Part shown: positions 39,620 through 53,384 of the stretch, piece by piece
Numbering within the stretch: position 1 is the first letter of the stretch
How the letters are laid out: every line of letters starts with the position of its first letter
NCBI GenBank assembly: GCA_973895155.1
Contig: OZ316891.1
Location: forward strand, 10,479,875-10,543,874
Source: Marsupella aquatica
Lineage: Eukaryota; Plantae; Marchantiophyta
Length of the DNA: 64,000 bases
Direction: 5' to 3'
The notes under the pieces: generated by a model
What the model saw: only the letters and a program-made list of their open reading frames with translations
Told to the model about the DNA's origin: nothing
Databases searched by the model: none
Translations under genes and position numbers: made by a program

Positions 39620-42600
39620 CAGTGAATGCAGCGAATACCTCCATATGAGGAGGAACGAAATAAGAAGGTAGCAGACAACAATAAAAAATTTAGGGAGATA
39701 TTTGGAGAAAATTTCAATTTCATGTGAGTATAATCTTGCATGTTGTTTTGAATGTGCAAAGATGTGTTAATATTGCTCATCAACAATATGAGTTGGTTTT
39801 TGGTACTTGTCATTCATTCATTGATATTCTCTGATGTAGATTGGGTGCAACACAGACCGTAGGGCGCAAGAAGGAAACAAGTGCACGTCAAACTCCTAGA
39901 AGTGAGGTTACCACACAGAGGAGACAGAGCTCCAGACTATCAAGAATTGCCTCAGTGATTATGGCAGAGTCTGGTGATGAGGGCTCTGAATCAGATTATG
40001 ACACTGATGCTGAGTACAGTGAAGATGAGAAACCAGAAAGTTCATCCAATGTGAGATTCCTATTACATTTCACCAACATTATGAGGAAACTATAGACATT
40101 GGTAATGATTCTGTTTAATAACATTGGTTTTAATTTGATCTAGACAGGAACATCTGCAACCTCCATCTAAGAGCTTGGCAGATGCAAAAGAAACCCCTAC
40201 AAAGGTTGGACCTTCCATGAGTGGCATGGTGCAATGTTACAAAGACCCTGTGACCAGCTAGTTGAATGTAAGTAATTTCAAAGATTTTTAATGTATTTTT
40301 CAATGTTGATCTATATGAATGTTGGATTCATAACTCCAGTGGTTTGCATGTGTATAGTGGTGGTTCCATCAACATCAATTGGGAAATCTGGACACTCTGC
40401 CGTAATGACATCCAGTCAGGGTTCAGGTAAGTCAAATTCAATGAAACGTCCTCCTATTATATTATAATATTTCTTCTCCCTCATTTTCCAATTGTGGATG
40501 ATCAATATTGGATGCTCATTGTGTATGTAGAGGGAAGAAAGACTGCAACAGAGCAACGCAGGGAATCTAGGCAAGCCAAAAAACAATTCCAGAGAACCGG
40601 TAGTGCAAGAAGGGCTGACAATAAGAAGGGAAAATTGATAACGGTAAGATTTTCATTGCACATTTCACATTTGTGGCCTACAGTTTGTGTACTCAGAAGC
40701 AATTGGGTGTTTGTTTCATTCCCAATGTTGATGACTATCATTTGTGGTGTTTTTTTAGATTCATGACAATGATATTGATGATTCTTATCCTAATAAACCA
40801 TATTGGATGGAGGAGCTACGTGCCAATGTCTTGAGGCTTTTTGATGTATCAGAACCTGATTGGAACAAACAAGATCCAAACATAATTGAGGATGTGCAAA
40901 ATTGATGAAGGCAGATTGGGAGTATCCAGATAAGCAGTCAGTGTCTGACAAGAAATTTATTAGTCACTGTCGAACGTTATTGAAAAGAGAATGTCACAAA
41001 CTAAATACTTATTGGAAGGATGTATGTAAACGTGATCGCTCCAAACCAGGACCTCAATATGTTGACCCATTGAAATGGGCACGACTGGTGGATCATTTTG
41101 ATAGTCTTGCTTTGATTGCAAGGAGTGCTGTGATGAAAGCAAGGAGGGCAGAAGTGATGAACAAAGAGCATTTTGGAAGAGGAGGGGCTGCTGGAGCAGA
41201 AAAAAGATTGGTAAGAATCTTCATATGGTCCATCTCATTGCAGGTCTAGACTGTTGGGTATTTACTCTTACGTCTAGGTTAGGTATGACGTGGTTGGTAC
41301 AACAACGTGGGTTGGTACAACTATGTGGTTAGGTACAACTACGTGATTAGGTACAACTATGTGGTTAGGTACAACTACGTGATTAGGTACAACTATGTGG
41401 TTAGGTACAACTACGTGATTAGGTACAACTATGTGGTTAGGTACAACTAAGTTGCACACTATATCATAAGAGGCATGTGTGCTTGGAGAGGTAGGACCAA
41501 GGCTCATTGTTATGGAGCCACTTGAGAGATAGAGAGAGCTTACACTGTGGAGACTTGGTATAGCCGACGGGCTTAGAGTTCAGTAAAGCTCTCTTGTGTG
41601 TTCCCGTGGACGTAGCCTCAAGGAGGTGAACCACGTATCTCTTGTGTCGACTATTGTGCGTTGGATGGTTCATGGGCTTGTCGTTGCGATCGTCATCTAT
41701 GCTCAACATAGACTGTCATTTGAATTGAAGTGTTTATCTAGTATAGGAATAAACAATGATATGATGAGTTCTCATTAATATTCCAATTGCTTTGAATATG
41801 ATTATGTGTTTCCAGAAAGCAAAAAGAATGACGAGCCCTGTTATATCAAAACTTGTGTCTAGTAGTCCAGTCCCCCCAATGCAGATCAGTCCATCTATGG
41901 GCAGTGGTGAACATCGAGGCAGCAGTTTTGTTGGAATTGGATCTGCACATGGATCAGCGATATGTAATGAAAACCTCTGTATATATTCAATTTTGATTAT
42001 CAGTTATCCATGATGTTCAAATTATCATTAATGATTGACATTGTATGGTGTGTTTATGTATGTAGACTCCACTGTCCAGGGAAACTACAATTGAGGAACC
42101 AGCTCGATTACTCAAGCTTGAATAGTCTGTGGAGAATTTAACCAAGCTTGAATTCAAAGTGGACAATTTGACATCTATGATGACTTCTTTCATTGCACAA
42201 AATCAACAGAATCAGTTCCATATGCAATTATCAAATGCAATTGCTACTAAGGTGGTGGTTGAGCCTAAAGGTAGTAGCAGGAAACGTTCTCTTACTTTCT
42301 CAGGTGATGGTGATGGTAAGAACATACAAACTTATACTCTAAATATATTACATATGCAATAGTTTATTTTTCAATTTAGAATGAAGTTTTCTAAGCATTT
42401 ATTGTTTGGTTTTGTGGTAGCTTCTTCAGGGGAGAATCCTATATCACAACAAGAGAAATCAGATACTTTAACAAGGCAGAAGCCAAAGCCAAGTATGGGA
42501 GAAGCAAATTTGGGAGCACTGCAGGAACCTTGCGTTGTACAAAGTAGCATTGGTAATGGTGAGAGTGATGAGATTGCTGTCACAGATGAACAGATAGTGT

Positions 42601-43086
42601 CAAATGCAATTCAGGAACAAGAGGCTACACCACCTAGGCCTTCAAAGAGATTCAAGAAATCAACCCCTATCACTATCTCACCTAGTGAACGAGGACCAGT
42701 TCTCTCCCCAAATCCAGCAGCAAAGGTGAATTTGTTTTCAGTTGGCTTATGTTCTTAAATTGATGATATGCCCAAATCAGTACTACAAGACAGTATTTTG
42801 TCCTAACAATTTTGTGTGGCAGTTTTCAAAAGGAGATGTTGTAGAAGTACGAAGCGTTGTGGATCGCTCTACAGTTATTGCTAGAGGTGAAGTGACAGGG
42901 TTACCAGGAGAGGATAAATTTCATTGTGTCATGATTGAGAGTCCTTGGGTGCGAGTATCAGTTAAGGCAGTGTATTGTGGTGATGCAGCATTACCAATGC
43001 CCAACAAAGAAGAGAAACAACTTTGCTTACAGAATGTGTTAGGAATGAATACATTGTGGAATGCTAGGTTCCTTCGGAAGTGTTGA
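39620..43086 (+). pseudogene. CACTA-2 second gene, TnpA-like (Transposase_24 region plus C-terminal Tnp1/En/Spm-like domain), multi-exon
   Basis: PPYEEERNKKVADNNKKF; VDPLKWARLVDHF..RSAVMKARR..HFGRGG; C-terminal VIARGEV..WVRVSVKAV..DAALPMPN..LGMNTLW. In-frame stops present. Confidence 0.7.
41252..41708 (+). mobile_element. Solo LTR B (457 bp) in an intron of the CACTA-2 second gene
   Basis: TGTTGGG...CTCAACA termini; perfect TSD TAGAC; contains about 9 copies of an 18-bp repeat (GTGGTTAGGTACAACTAT) at 41280-41450. Confidence 0.9.
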
Positions 43087-43429
43087 ACATTTTCTCTGAT
43101 CATGTAGACCAGAGATTTTTGAATATTTTGGTTACCATTGTTTCACTCATGGAGTGAAAAATGTGTACTTTCTATCACTTCATCATAAAGACTTCTGTTT
43201 TTTCAATTGTTCTATACTAGAGCTTGTGAATGTTGGAATGTGAATTTCTGAATACAATGATGACTTCTGTTTTTTCAATTATTCTATATTAGAGCTTGTG
43301 AATGTTGGAGTGTGAATTTCTAAATACAATGATGATGCGCAAAGTGATATCTTTGTTAGGGATTTAAGTGGATTCATTGTATGTGATTTTGAATATAACT
43401 ATGAGCTCTTCTTAGATACATCCCATATG

Positions 43430-43601
43430 ACATTATTTAAAAACACTCTGTATGACACCCTCAATGACACCATATATGACACCATGTATGACACCCTCAA
43501 TGACACCCTGTATGACACCCTCAATGACACCCTATATGACACCCTGTATGATACCCTCAATGACACTCTCAATGACACCTTGTATGATACCCTCAATGAC
43601 C
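43430..43601. repeat. 12-bp tandem repeat (TATGACACCCTC/AATGACACC), CACTA-2 subterminal array, resuming at 55121-55205
   Basis: Direct reading; the array continues after the MULE insertion. Confidence 0.9.
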
Positions 43602-44314
43602 GGGTATGATAGCCATGACAGAAAACAGAAAACAGAAAACCTGTTACCAGGGGTTTATTTTCTGTTAACAGGGAAATTGTACCTGTTACCAGTAAGCTTG
43701 TCCCTGTTACCAGTTTTGCCTGAACCATAACGTGCATATCCACCACTCTAAGGTGCATATCCACCACTCTAATGGCATAATTTTTCGGGGGGCAATAAAG
43801 TTTAAAACAAACAATTATTTTATGCCATCCGATGGATGAAGTGTACTATCAATCCTCCATTGACACAACAATTTATTGTAGAAGATAAAAAACATGGTAT
43901 TAGGAGTGTGCCTAAAGAAACATTCATGCAAATTCATCTATTTTCATCGCCAAATAGTGACCCTTAGAGTGGGACCCACCATAGCACATGTCAATCGTGG
44001 AGTCCAAATCAACCCAATCTAAAGGAGTTGATTAAATGGACCTTGTAACGTCACAAACAAATGACAAATCACATCCTCGAGGCTTTGAAGACAGTAGACA
44101 ATTTAATCAACTTACACATTTTAAATAAAACAAGAGGTCATTCTTCCACAATGCACGTACATAATGAAGCAATGAATATCCAGTTTCCTAGAACCAGCGC
44201 CTTGCGCTAACCAACAAAGTCTCAATAAAACAACTAAAATATCCGTTGGAAAAAGACAAAATAGGGAATAATCGTTATATTGAACGACGACCTATTGGGC
44301 AGTTTCAATCTCTC

Positions 44315-47300
44315 TCATAAGCCATTCAAGTTCTGCCTCTCCAGCACAAGTCTGACTTCGCCTAAAGTCAAAATAGGTTGGCTACAAAGAGTCGACTCCT
44401 CAATCTCAAGTTTGAAAACATTTATGTACACCCAGTATAGATGTTTGCAAGGCATGTACGACTTGCCACGCGAATGTCGGAGGAAGAAGTCTTCACAAGA
44501 GCAAGCGGGGAAGATACAGATTTGGACAAAGTATGTGCTTGGTGATCGATGGTTCTCATGGGTTCGAATTCGAAATTGCTTTCCAAAAGCATTTACGGTC
44601 TGAACATTCCATTCCCCATCCAAACTCATCACTTCTTATCGTGCAGACTCCATTCGCTTCGTGTGACCCACAGTGAGATTAGACCGAGGCCTTGAGTTCC
44701 TCCCATTCCGACTACCAAGTCGGAGATTCGGCTCCAAAAACCTTATTGTTTATGGGAACACGTTAACATTTATCCTGAGGTCAAAAGCAGATGGCGCAGA
44801 TCGACTCAATCCTGTTGTTCGCTCTAAGACAAGTCCTTGCTCTTCCAGTAATTTCAGAAGGAGACAGGCTCGTACCCTTCAGAACAGGAAAAATGTCAGG
44901 AAAAGGAGGAAGCTTCTAAACACCATGACGCGGATGACTCTTGTAACATGCTTGGTTCGGGCAAAACCAAATCATTTTGGAGATGGGTTCGCCCCTGAAG
45001 AGACGATGGCCCTTCACGACAATTCCGACAACACCTTCAGACGAATGGAAGCCAACCTTCTTGATACAATTTCGACACTCATCGCGATCCGAACTCCCAT
45101 TCAGTGTACCATTGCATTGCGGACCTGCTCCATACTTCGATGTCCGTCGCAACTGCCACTGCCCCGGAGGGACATCCTTCTCTAGCACAATCGTGCGTGG
45201 AAGTTGATTCTGAAGTGCTGCTGGGGCACTGAGCGGAGGTTTTGAGGATCTTGTTGTTCGGGTTGTTTGAGGAGTATAGTCCAGTGAATCAGTATCACTC
45301 TCTGATGTGACCATACCTGAGAGATTCACCGCCTTTGTGATAGGATGATCAGAACTTGAGGGAATAGAAGAAAAGTCAGTTCTGTTCAGGTTCTTCCTTT
45401 TCAAACCACGAGTATTTGGTGTGGTTATTAGAACGGTGTCATGCCGATGGGAATCTTGTGGAGAGACATTCCCAGTTGCATGTCCCTTCCTCTTCATTGA
45501 CTTCGTCATTATATCTCCATTCAGGGGAGTACTTCTTTCCAAATCGAATTCTGCTGCGTTAGATAGAAGCATATTAGTCGCTTCTTCAAACAATCTTGGC
45601 AAACCTGCTTAATCGGCGGAACGGAACGCCAATTCCCATATAGTTGGCCCCTTCCCCCGGTTCAAGCCTTTACGGTATGCACTGTATCCGGCAACTTGAG
45701 ACAGCACGGTTTTGGTCAACTTCGCAAGCTTCATAAAGACCGACCTTTTTCTTTGTAGCCGAGGCTTTCATGGACGCATGCCTTGATTCTGACCTTGTAC
45801 AGTTGGGGATCAAGGCACCTTCCTCAGCGCTTTTGCTCTGCCATACAAAAATGTCAATCGTAAGTAGTATTCTATTACCAGCGCCCGACGCTGGCAACAT
45901 AAATATGTAGAACAGGCCTGAAATACAATTTCAATGTTTAATACTGAATTCTAACTACATATTGGCTTCAATTTCTTGTACTACTTGTTTTGACGTGTAT
46001 GGAGAAAATAACCAGCGCCTGGCGCTAATATGAAGTTGATGAACATTACAGTCTAGATAGATGGATGCCTTACCACTCGAATAAAATTGCCCCACTGGCG
46101 CCAGCAAACAACCCACCAAGATATCCAGCTTTGCAGCATCTTCAGCTTTCCGGGGACACAGTTTCCTGATTGCCACCACACAACAATCTCTCGGGACACC
46201 CGGTATGCTGCCACAAATGATGGAGCATTTCTTAGTTTCTCCCAAAGTCTCCGATGCTCCGATTGACATTCTTCCAGTACTCCTTCCTTGGAATGACGAT
46301 GAAAAGATTGATAAAAGTGAAATGCATCAGAGCGCTCCCTCTCCGGGTCCGGGTGTCCACCAAACAAACATTTCGCACTGCATTCCATCCAGCTTGTGCA
46401 TTGTCGGCCATAAATCCTTGGATGACAACCTCCTGAAGTTCATTTTCTTTGCAAACCTCAATCATCACTCTCCATGCCTTTTCAAAAGACTCAGTGTCTT
46501 CACCTTTCAACTCGCATGTGAAAATTGTACACAGTGCACGGAAATTGTGGTCGTAGACGTGTGCGCTGAAAGTAAACCAATCCGTGGTGACACGCTGCAT
46601 CACATCGAAACTTACCCAGGCTCCTTCGAGTCTTCCACCCGGTTGCATCTGCCTCAAAAGATCCACACCCGAACCGTGACCTTTCACGGTCATTTTAAAG
46701 ATGTGAGGCCTATCATTCTGACATCCCTGACCTGGAAGCAAATACCTCTGGAGAAACGATACATGAATCCTCCTCTGCATTTGCGAGAGAAAATCTAATT
46801 CACCCCGACCTTTTTGGTCTATCCTAACTCTCCGACAAAGAGATGCAAACTTCTGCGGAGTGGAAAGGACCATCAGAGACTTCCATATTTCAGTTTCTTC
46901 GATATCGACCATGTCGTCAACATGTTCATAGAGAGATTTCACTAAGGACCCTGTAGCAGAATTCAAGATCCTTGCCGGTTTTGACAGAGGATTGGCTTCA
47001 TGTTTTTTTTAATTAGATCCTCAGCTATCTTCTCCGCACTCCTACATAAGGTTTTTCTACTTGGATGGTTGTGCTCACCTATATGAATTGCCAGGTGGGA
47101 CATATGACTACATGTTTCCGCATCAAGTAATACTTGGGGGTACATGTAAAACAAACGGGCAGTGCAGTACTTCACACAAAAAGGAATCTGTTCGTAGTAA
47201 TGACAAACAACACCTCCCTCTTCGATGAAAGATCCCACAGCATACTGACCACTGAGCTTTGGAGTACCCTGCCATGCCTTAGCATTTGCCTTCTTCTTCA

Positions 47301-48057
47301 TTTGGAAATAGTCGCAGGACTTGTTCCTGCATTCAATGAATCCCGTACAGGTAACCTTCCCAAACTGCCAAAGGTTTTTAGGATGAACAGTTGCAGTTGT
47401 TGGAAATATGCGTGTCTAAATGTAACAATCTTTGGCACGATCCATGTCCCTAAGCCTAGAGCCTTTAGAGAGCATCTTATCAATGGGCGGCAACTCAAAC
47501 ATGACGTTACCATTGTACTTAGTTGGCAGACAGGACACTTGTTCATGCCTGAAATCACCCACTGATATGAACCGTGACAACTCACTATGACCAGTTGATT
47601 TGAGTAACGTATCCATCGCATTGCGCCGGTACACGACCTCCAACTGCTTAGAGCTTCCCGGAGTCTCAGCTTTCATGACAACAGGGAGCAGGATTTTTTT
47701 CTTCGACGGTGGACTTAGAGTACGATCTCCATCCTCACTTGAAGAAATCTCAACCACATCACATGGAACTGGCGGGAAACTGGACAGCCCTGCATGCTGT
47801 CTTAAATGAACCGAGTACGAGATCCCTGCGTAGAGATGCCAAAACCGTTCACCGTCATCGACATTGAACGTTGCAGCATCCTCGATATCATCAATGGATT
47901 CGAGCTCTCGAACAATGGCCTCAATGTCATTCATCTTCAAATCAAATCTCCCGGAAAGATACCTCTCCCGGACCTGCTTGTATGTATATTCCATGGGGAT
48001 GGGGATAGTCACAATATCTTCAGAACCGAATCGAGAAAGAACGATAGACCGAGACAT
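44315..48057 (-). pseudogene. MULE transposase (Zn-ribbon DNA-binding region, DDE core, C-terminal SWIM finger), disrupted
   Basis: C..C..LAIHIGEHNHP; WVSFDVMQRV; GFMADNAQAGWNAVR; DAFHF; SESRHASMK; SWIM PACSCEDF..PCKHLYWV. Intron at about 46074-45839; frameshifts and stops. Confidence 0.85.
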
Positions 48058-49021
48058 GGTGAACAAAAACAAAAACCGAGGGCTATAGCGTTTGAAAGAA
48101 GAAAAGTTCATGGTATTGTTCAGCTTATATTTGTCGAACCTGGGAATTTGACGTTAACCGATCCGTTTGTATACGACATAAAACATAGACGATGGAGGAT
48201 CCGTTGGCACCATAAATGATTTTTGTCGTTTTTTCCCCGATAAGTCCGGATGTCAGACACGAACATATTGCTAAAAAGATCACCAACCTTACTTAAACAG
48301 ACCGTAAGATATGACAAGGTATTGTCAAATTTTAGTAGCGCCTGGCGCTAACTAAAATACGCCACTAAAAATGTGTCTGAAATCTCGACATTCCAAACTA
48401 GCGCCCGACGCTAGTATAGAATAAATTCCCTGAAAATGAACATTATGACCACATACCAGGTGGTAATTGGGAATAAATGGTGCCTTCAAAGGATGGTTTT
48501 GATGGATTATGGATGATAAATGAACATTTATACTAGCGTCGGGCGCTAGTATTACATTTGAGAAATATTTCTCCGTAAACGATGTACTGAAGGACACTTT
48601 AATAAAATATGGGGGTGGAAAGGCCAAAATTTATGTCATAGCTCCTTCAAAAAAGACCTCTAAATTTCTTCCAGTTTATACTAGCGTCGGGCGCTATTAT
48701 AAGCATACTCTAAATTGTTCCCCTTGATGGTCATCATTAATGCTAGCGCCCGGCGCTAGTATTGATATGATGTTAGGAAATGTCTTTAACGGTAACATTT
48801 AACGGTAACTTATGACTTCCGTGTGTGTTACGCATCTTCTACCGTTTGATTTTGGTAATTAAACCTTCCGTATACAGACGTTGGAAACCGCCAAACATCA
48901 GAGCTAATGGCTTTCCTCTAGGTTATGTCTTCCTCCCGCTAGAATATATTACACATTCAGAGATGATTATAGTTCCATAATTTCATTGTACGATAGTTCG
49001 TACGCTTCTAGAAGGAAGACG

Positions 49022-52000
49022 ATGGAGGTATTTCCCTCTTCTTCCAGAGGGTATAGTGCGGTTCCTGACCAGGAGCGAGCTTATTTTGAATCTTCGCAGT
49101 CTTCATTTACTGGTTCAGTCTATACACGTTGTATAACTCGTTCCTCAAAGTTGTTGCCGCTCACTTCTATCAGCGGTGTTTTGGGTCCAAATCCTTTGCG
49201 AAGAAAGATGGACAACGTAGACACAATTGTGATCTAGGATGTTGCGGATTGCGCGCTTGCTGAGACTGATCTCATTTTGAAACATGTCATGTCTTTTGGA
49301 AAGGATTCTCATGGATTTGACAAGGAGCCGCCTCGAATCCCTCTGTGTCGATTGGTTCACATGGAGGTGGTTCGTACTCTGCAGAAAGACAGCTCTTCCA
49401 TCGAGAAGCTGAAAGACTCTTTTCGTAGTATGGGTTACAAATCTTTGACAGGGATGCATTTCTATGTGCAACCAACGGATGAGAACAAAATTGTTCTGAC
49501 CTATACCCAGGACATTCGTGATTCATGGGATCCAATATGGCAATTGGAGAACGAGAAGTTTGAGGCTGAATGCGAGGCTGACCCGGATTTTCTCGTCTTG
49601 AAGGATAAGATGTTCTCTGTATTCGATGGAAATCACAGGCTGTACTCCTGGACGCTTGTAACAGAGGAGAACCCGGACAATCCAAAATATCATCCTCGTG
49701 TGCTCTGTACAATATTTAAAGGAGACAAGGGATCTCTCATTGAAATTGAGGCAGCTATGCACACCGTGAATCAGTAAGTTCTCATGATTTCCAGTTCTTT
49801 CCTTAAATCTTGCGAGTGTTGTATTTACTAGCGCTCGGCGCTGCTTATACATGAATTGTTTTTCATTGACTCTTACTCTCAACGTTTGTTCGTCTAGGCT
49901 TGGCCAAGCAGTTGTAGAGCCTTCTTGGATCCTGGATGCGGACAGAATCAAACAAATTCTGGCGCATGACCTTGAGTATTACAGTAAACTGATTGACCCG
50001 GGTAATTTCAAGAAGTTTGAAAGCATTCGGCTGAAAACTCGGAAGGGGTCATGGTATACGAAGAAGATGCCACAAGAAGCACTTGTTTACATTCTTTGTG
50101 AGAATAAGATAAAGTCGTACTCGCATCAATTCAAACTCGACATGGAGGCAGCGGAGGCTCAAGGGAGTCCATGGTCGGCGGATGAGATTTCAAAATGGCA
50201 TGCGGCCATGATGAAAGACGCAACCAAAGATTGGGCAGTGAAGTCTTCAAAAATTACGCCCTTATTAAGTCCTGAATTTGAAAATTTCCTCAGTACATGT
50301 GCAGAAATGTATGCTGTCACAGAGAGAAACAAGAGAGAGAAGAAGACTGACACCGTTGTATGTACGATGGACCGCGCACGATTGTTCACCGCTGTTTCTG
50401 CTCTAGACCCAAAGTTACGAAGCACTTTACTTGTGGCACATTGCAATCCTGAGCTGCGGAGACAGTTTTTTCACCTAGCAAGTGTTAACGATGATCCAGT
50501 CAAATAGTGGTGCCACACTTGGATCACTTGGAATAGTGTGGAGGGAATTGCTGCTGGCATGTTACATTCATGTCTACGTGAAGTTGAGCAAACCATGCCC
50601 GCGAAGAGATTGGAAGAGTGGAATTGTAGTTCGTTTGATGATCTAGTTCAGTTTGTTACAAATGAATTCAAGAGATTTGGTGATTCCGTGAAGAATAAGT
50701 TCTTTCACACTATGTGGCCTTCAAAGTACCCTGACAAAGAAGATTACACCCAGAGAAACCAGAAGCGAGCGAAGAGGTTTGTGTATAGGTTCTACATGCA
50801 CATGGAGGTAACCAAACCTGATTACTTCTGGGCATATCCTGCAGCTTTTATGAAGTGGATTTCAATAAGTGAAGATGATGCCTTGGCTGATTTGTACTCT
50901 ATGTACCCCACAAAGGGCATATTTCCTCCGAGACCAATGACAGAATGGGAGAGAACTCACTGCCCCTGGTATCTAGATACAGATAGATGGGATTCTCCTT
51001 TTGATCAAAGGGAAAAAGATGCCTTCCATAAGCTTTCAAAGTCTCAGATGCCAGCAAAACTTGTGTCCGACATGAAGCAGGGTCTACTTGACGATGTAGA
51101 CAAGTCTGCCACAAACTTGCAAACTATCTGTGAAACAACTGTTGTGCATGTGGACCGGAGTCGCAAACCTCGCGCGAAAGCCAAAGCGGAGCTAGCAGCA
51201 CCGAGCGAGTCTACTAAATCTGGAAAGAAGAGTAAGTATTGCTATCCATGATTTTGCCAGCGCCAGACGCTGGCAAAAAATATTCTGTTGAGGGTATTCT
51301 TTTTCTTGGTTATTAGGCTTCGGTTGCGACTTAAGTGAATTGCATTTGGTTAGCGCCAGGCGCTAGCTTCTTTCAATACTTTAAAAGTACTTATTCTAAC
51401 TACGACCTGGTTATATTTTAGGAGGGAGGAAGTCTAATACGGTGGGAACGGGAGATCCAAAAAAGGATGCTACACCTGAAGTTTCCGAGGCAAACACGGG
51501 AGCTCAATCGGACCCCATTACTCCAGTCGACAAAGGGAAGGTTATAGTTCCTATCGACGCCACGAGTACCAGGAAGAAACGAAAGAGAGCTGTCAAAGGT
51601 GGACAATCTTTAAGGGAGAGTGTTATAGCTTCTGGTTTCCAACGTGAAGTTGGAAACTTCAAAACAACTGTGTCTCGCCATTGCATGGTTGAGACAAGCC
51701 TTTCTGAATTTTTTGACTCGACGTTCAACAAGGAGGAGAAGCCCGAGTGGGTTAGTGATGTGGAGAAATGGGGAAAAGACCTCGTTAAGTTGGGATTTAA
51801 AGAGAAGGGAGTTGTTCGGGGGGGAAAAGTAAGATCGTTTGGAGTGGATGCCGGCTTCATTTACCTACCGACCGGGTTCAAACCATCTATCATTGATAAG
51901 AAGGTTCCTAAATGGAACATTCCAGATCACTCAATGGCTAGATCTTTTTTCAAATCCATGGATCCATTTTTATCAGATGATGGGTTCCTTGTAATTCTAC

Positions 52001-53112
52001 ACAATGGGGAGTACGATCCCATGTCGCAAGTCATTGCTGCCTGTCAGGAGTCAAGGAAATTTTAGTGTATATGCTTGCATAATGTTGTGATGTCTGACCC
52101 GATGTATGCGGCAAAGATAGACCGAGAGATGTTTACCCTCAGGCTCGACATATTTGGCCGAATTAATGGGAAATGTAAAATTCCCAAAGACCCCAAATTT
52201 CGGCCGCTGTCCATCAGTGAGGACCCTTCGGTTACCAATTTGATTGGACTCTCTTCGCTCAAATCAGATCCATTCCCGCAAATGGAGTTTGTTGGAAATG
52301 CTCGTCTGTCTGTGGGTTTTATGCAATCTGTTATAGAGCTTGTCACACGGCCTCGTGATATTTTTATGGATTGGACTGCTGGGGCTGGAAGCTCTTACAT
52401 TGCTGGCGACTTCTCTGGATGATTTGTACTCGGGATAGAACACCGGAAAGAATTTATTGAAACCGCTTCAAAGGTTTTCATGGATTTGTTGTCTCCCAAA
52501 GAGATTGCAGTGTTACCTCCACCTGTTCCTACTGCCGACAAAAAAAAGAGAGATAAGCTTCGGTCGGTTCTCAATTTTGATTCTGATGATGAATCGAGTG
52601 AAGGTGGAGAGGAACAAGGTACAAGAAACTCCGAGGAGGAAAAGGGAGAGCGTCGTGCAGCTGCAGATGAAACCGATAGTGATGACTCTTCCGAGTAATG
52701 TTCATAAACTCGTAAGCTTCTTTCTCCATTCCCGTCAATTCATAACATTTCTTTTGTTGTTTTGGGGAAAGGCGCCTTACAAAATGGACTTTGTTATATC
52801 AGGTCAGAGTGGAATGCAAGGAGACGATTCAAACTGCGGAGGAAGATCGCGAGACACAACTTAGAAACACCAGAAAAACCGTTTGTTCTTCCCTCCTATG
52901 CAGAGAAAGCCGCAAGGAAAGCAGAAAGTGCAAGGACACTTTGTTGGGAAAACAAAGGTCTTTGGTTACGAAGGGGTGTTGACCGAAAGTTCATTAAACA
53001 TCCTTATGTTGATGACTTCTCCCGCAGCCAGTACGTAGATGATGAGGCTGTGTCCACGAACAGATCCTAGAGTACAGATTCTGGTTCCGATTCAGAATCT
53101 TCGGAACCATGA
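49022..53112 (+). pseudogene. MULE cargo gene: N-terminal ParB/Srx-like domain fused to a C-terminal beta-class amino-DNA-methyltransferase-like domain; 4 exons, 5 in-frame stops
   Basis: ParB-like IPLCRL..VR..IEKLKDSF..GY..VFDGNHRLYSW. MTase-like VDAGFIYLPTGF..WN..FLSDDGFLVILH..SVIELVTRPRDIFMDWTAGAGSSYIAGDFSG*FVLGIEH. Introns about 49774-49888, 51232-51421, 52695-52802. Stops at 49235, 50505, 52063, 52420, 53068 all read through in frame. Confidence 0.75.
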
Positions 53113-53384
53113 GAAGTAGTGGGTAGTTGAGGCTAAATCTTTTAGCAGCACCCGGCGCTTGTAACATCTGTATTATTTCCCTCTGCTGAGGGTCCTTTTA
53201 AATTGTTGATTTCTCTCTACTTGTTGATTACTTTTGACTTCTATTCTTTACAAGCGCCTGGCGCTCGCCAAATGGAATCTCTAAATGGCCGTTTAGTCTT
53301 TGTCGTTTCCTGTCAATGGTCATCGTCATTGGATACCAACTGCCATTTGGATTGTGTTCTTTAGTCAGTCGTCGAAAAGCCGTT

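Noticed and set aside
41280-41450. Regular 18-bp repeats and the (NHIVVP)n ORF as a CRISPR array or repeat protein
   Set aside because: Head-to-tail repeat with no unique spacers, inside a solo LTR in eukaryotic DNA; the ORF is a by-product.
43399-43767. Repetitive ORFs (TLYD/TLND, MTPS, VSLR)
   Set aside because: Translations of the 12-bp CACTA subterminal repeat.
49277-52460. Bacterial or phage contamination as the source of the ParB-MTase
   Set aside because: The gene has GT-AG introns and lies in a TSD-bounded MULE nested within plant transposons.
49235-53070. Programmed readthrough or U-to-C editing of the in-frame stops
   Set aside because: Plant U-to-C editing is organellar; the neighbouring TE genes have similar stops plus frameshifts, so mutational decay is simpler.
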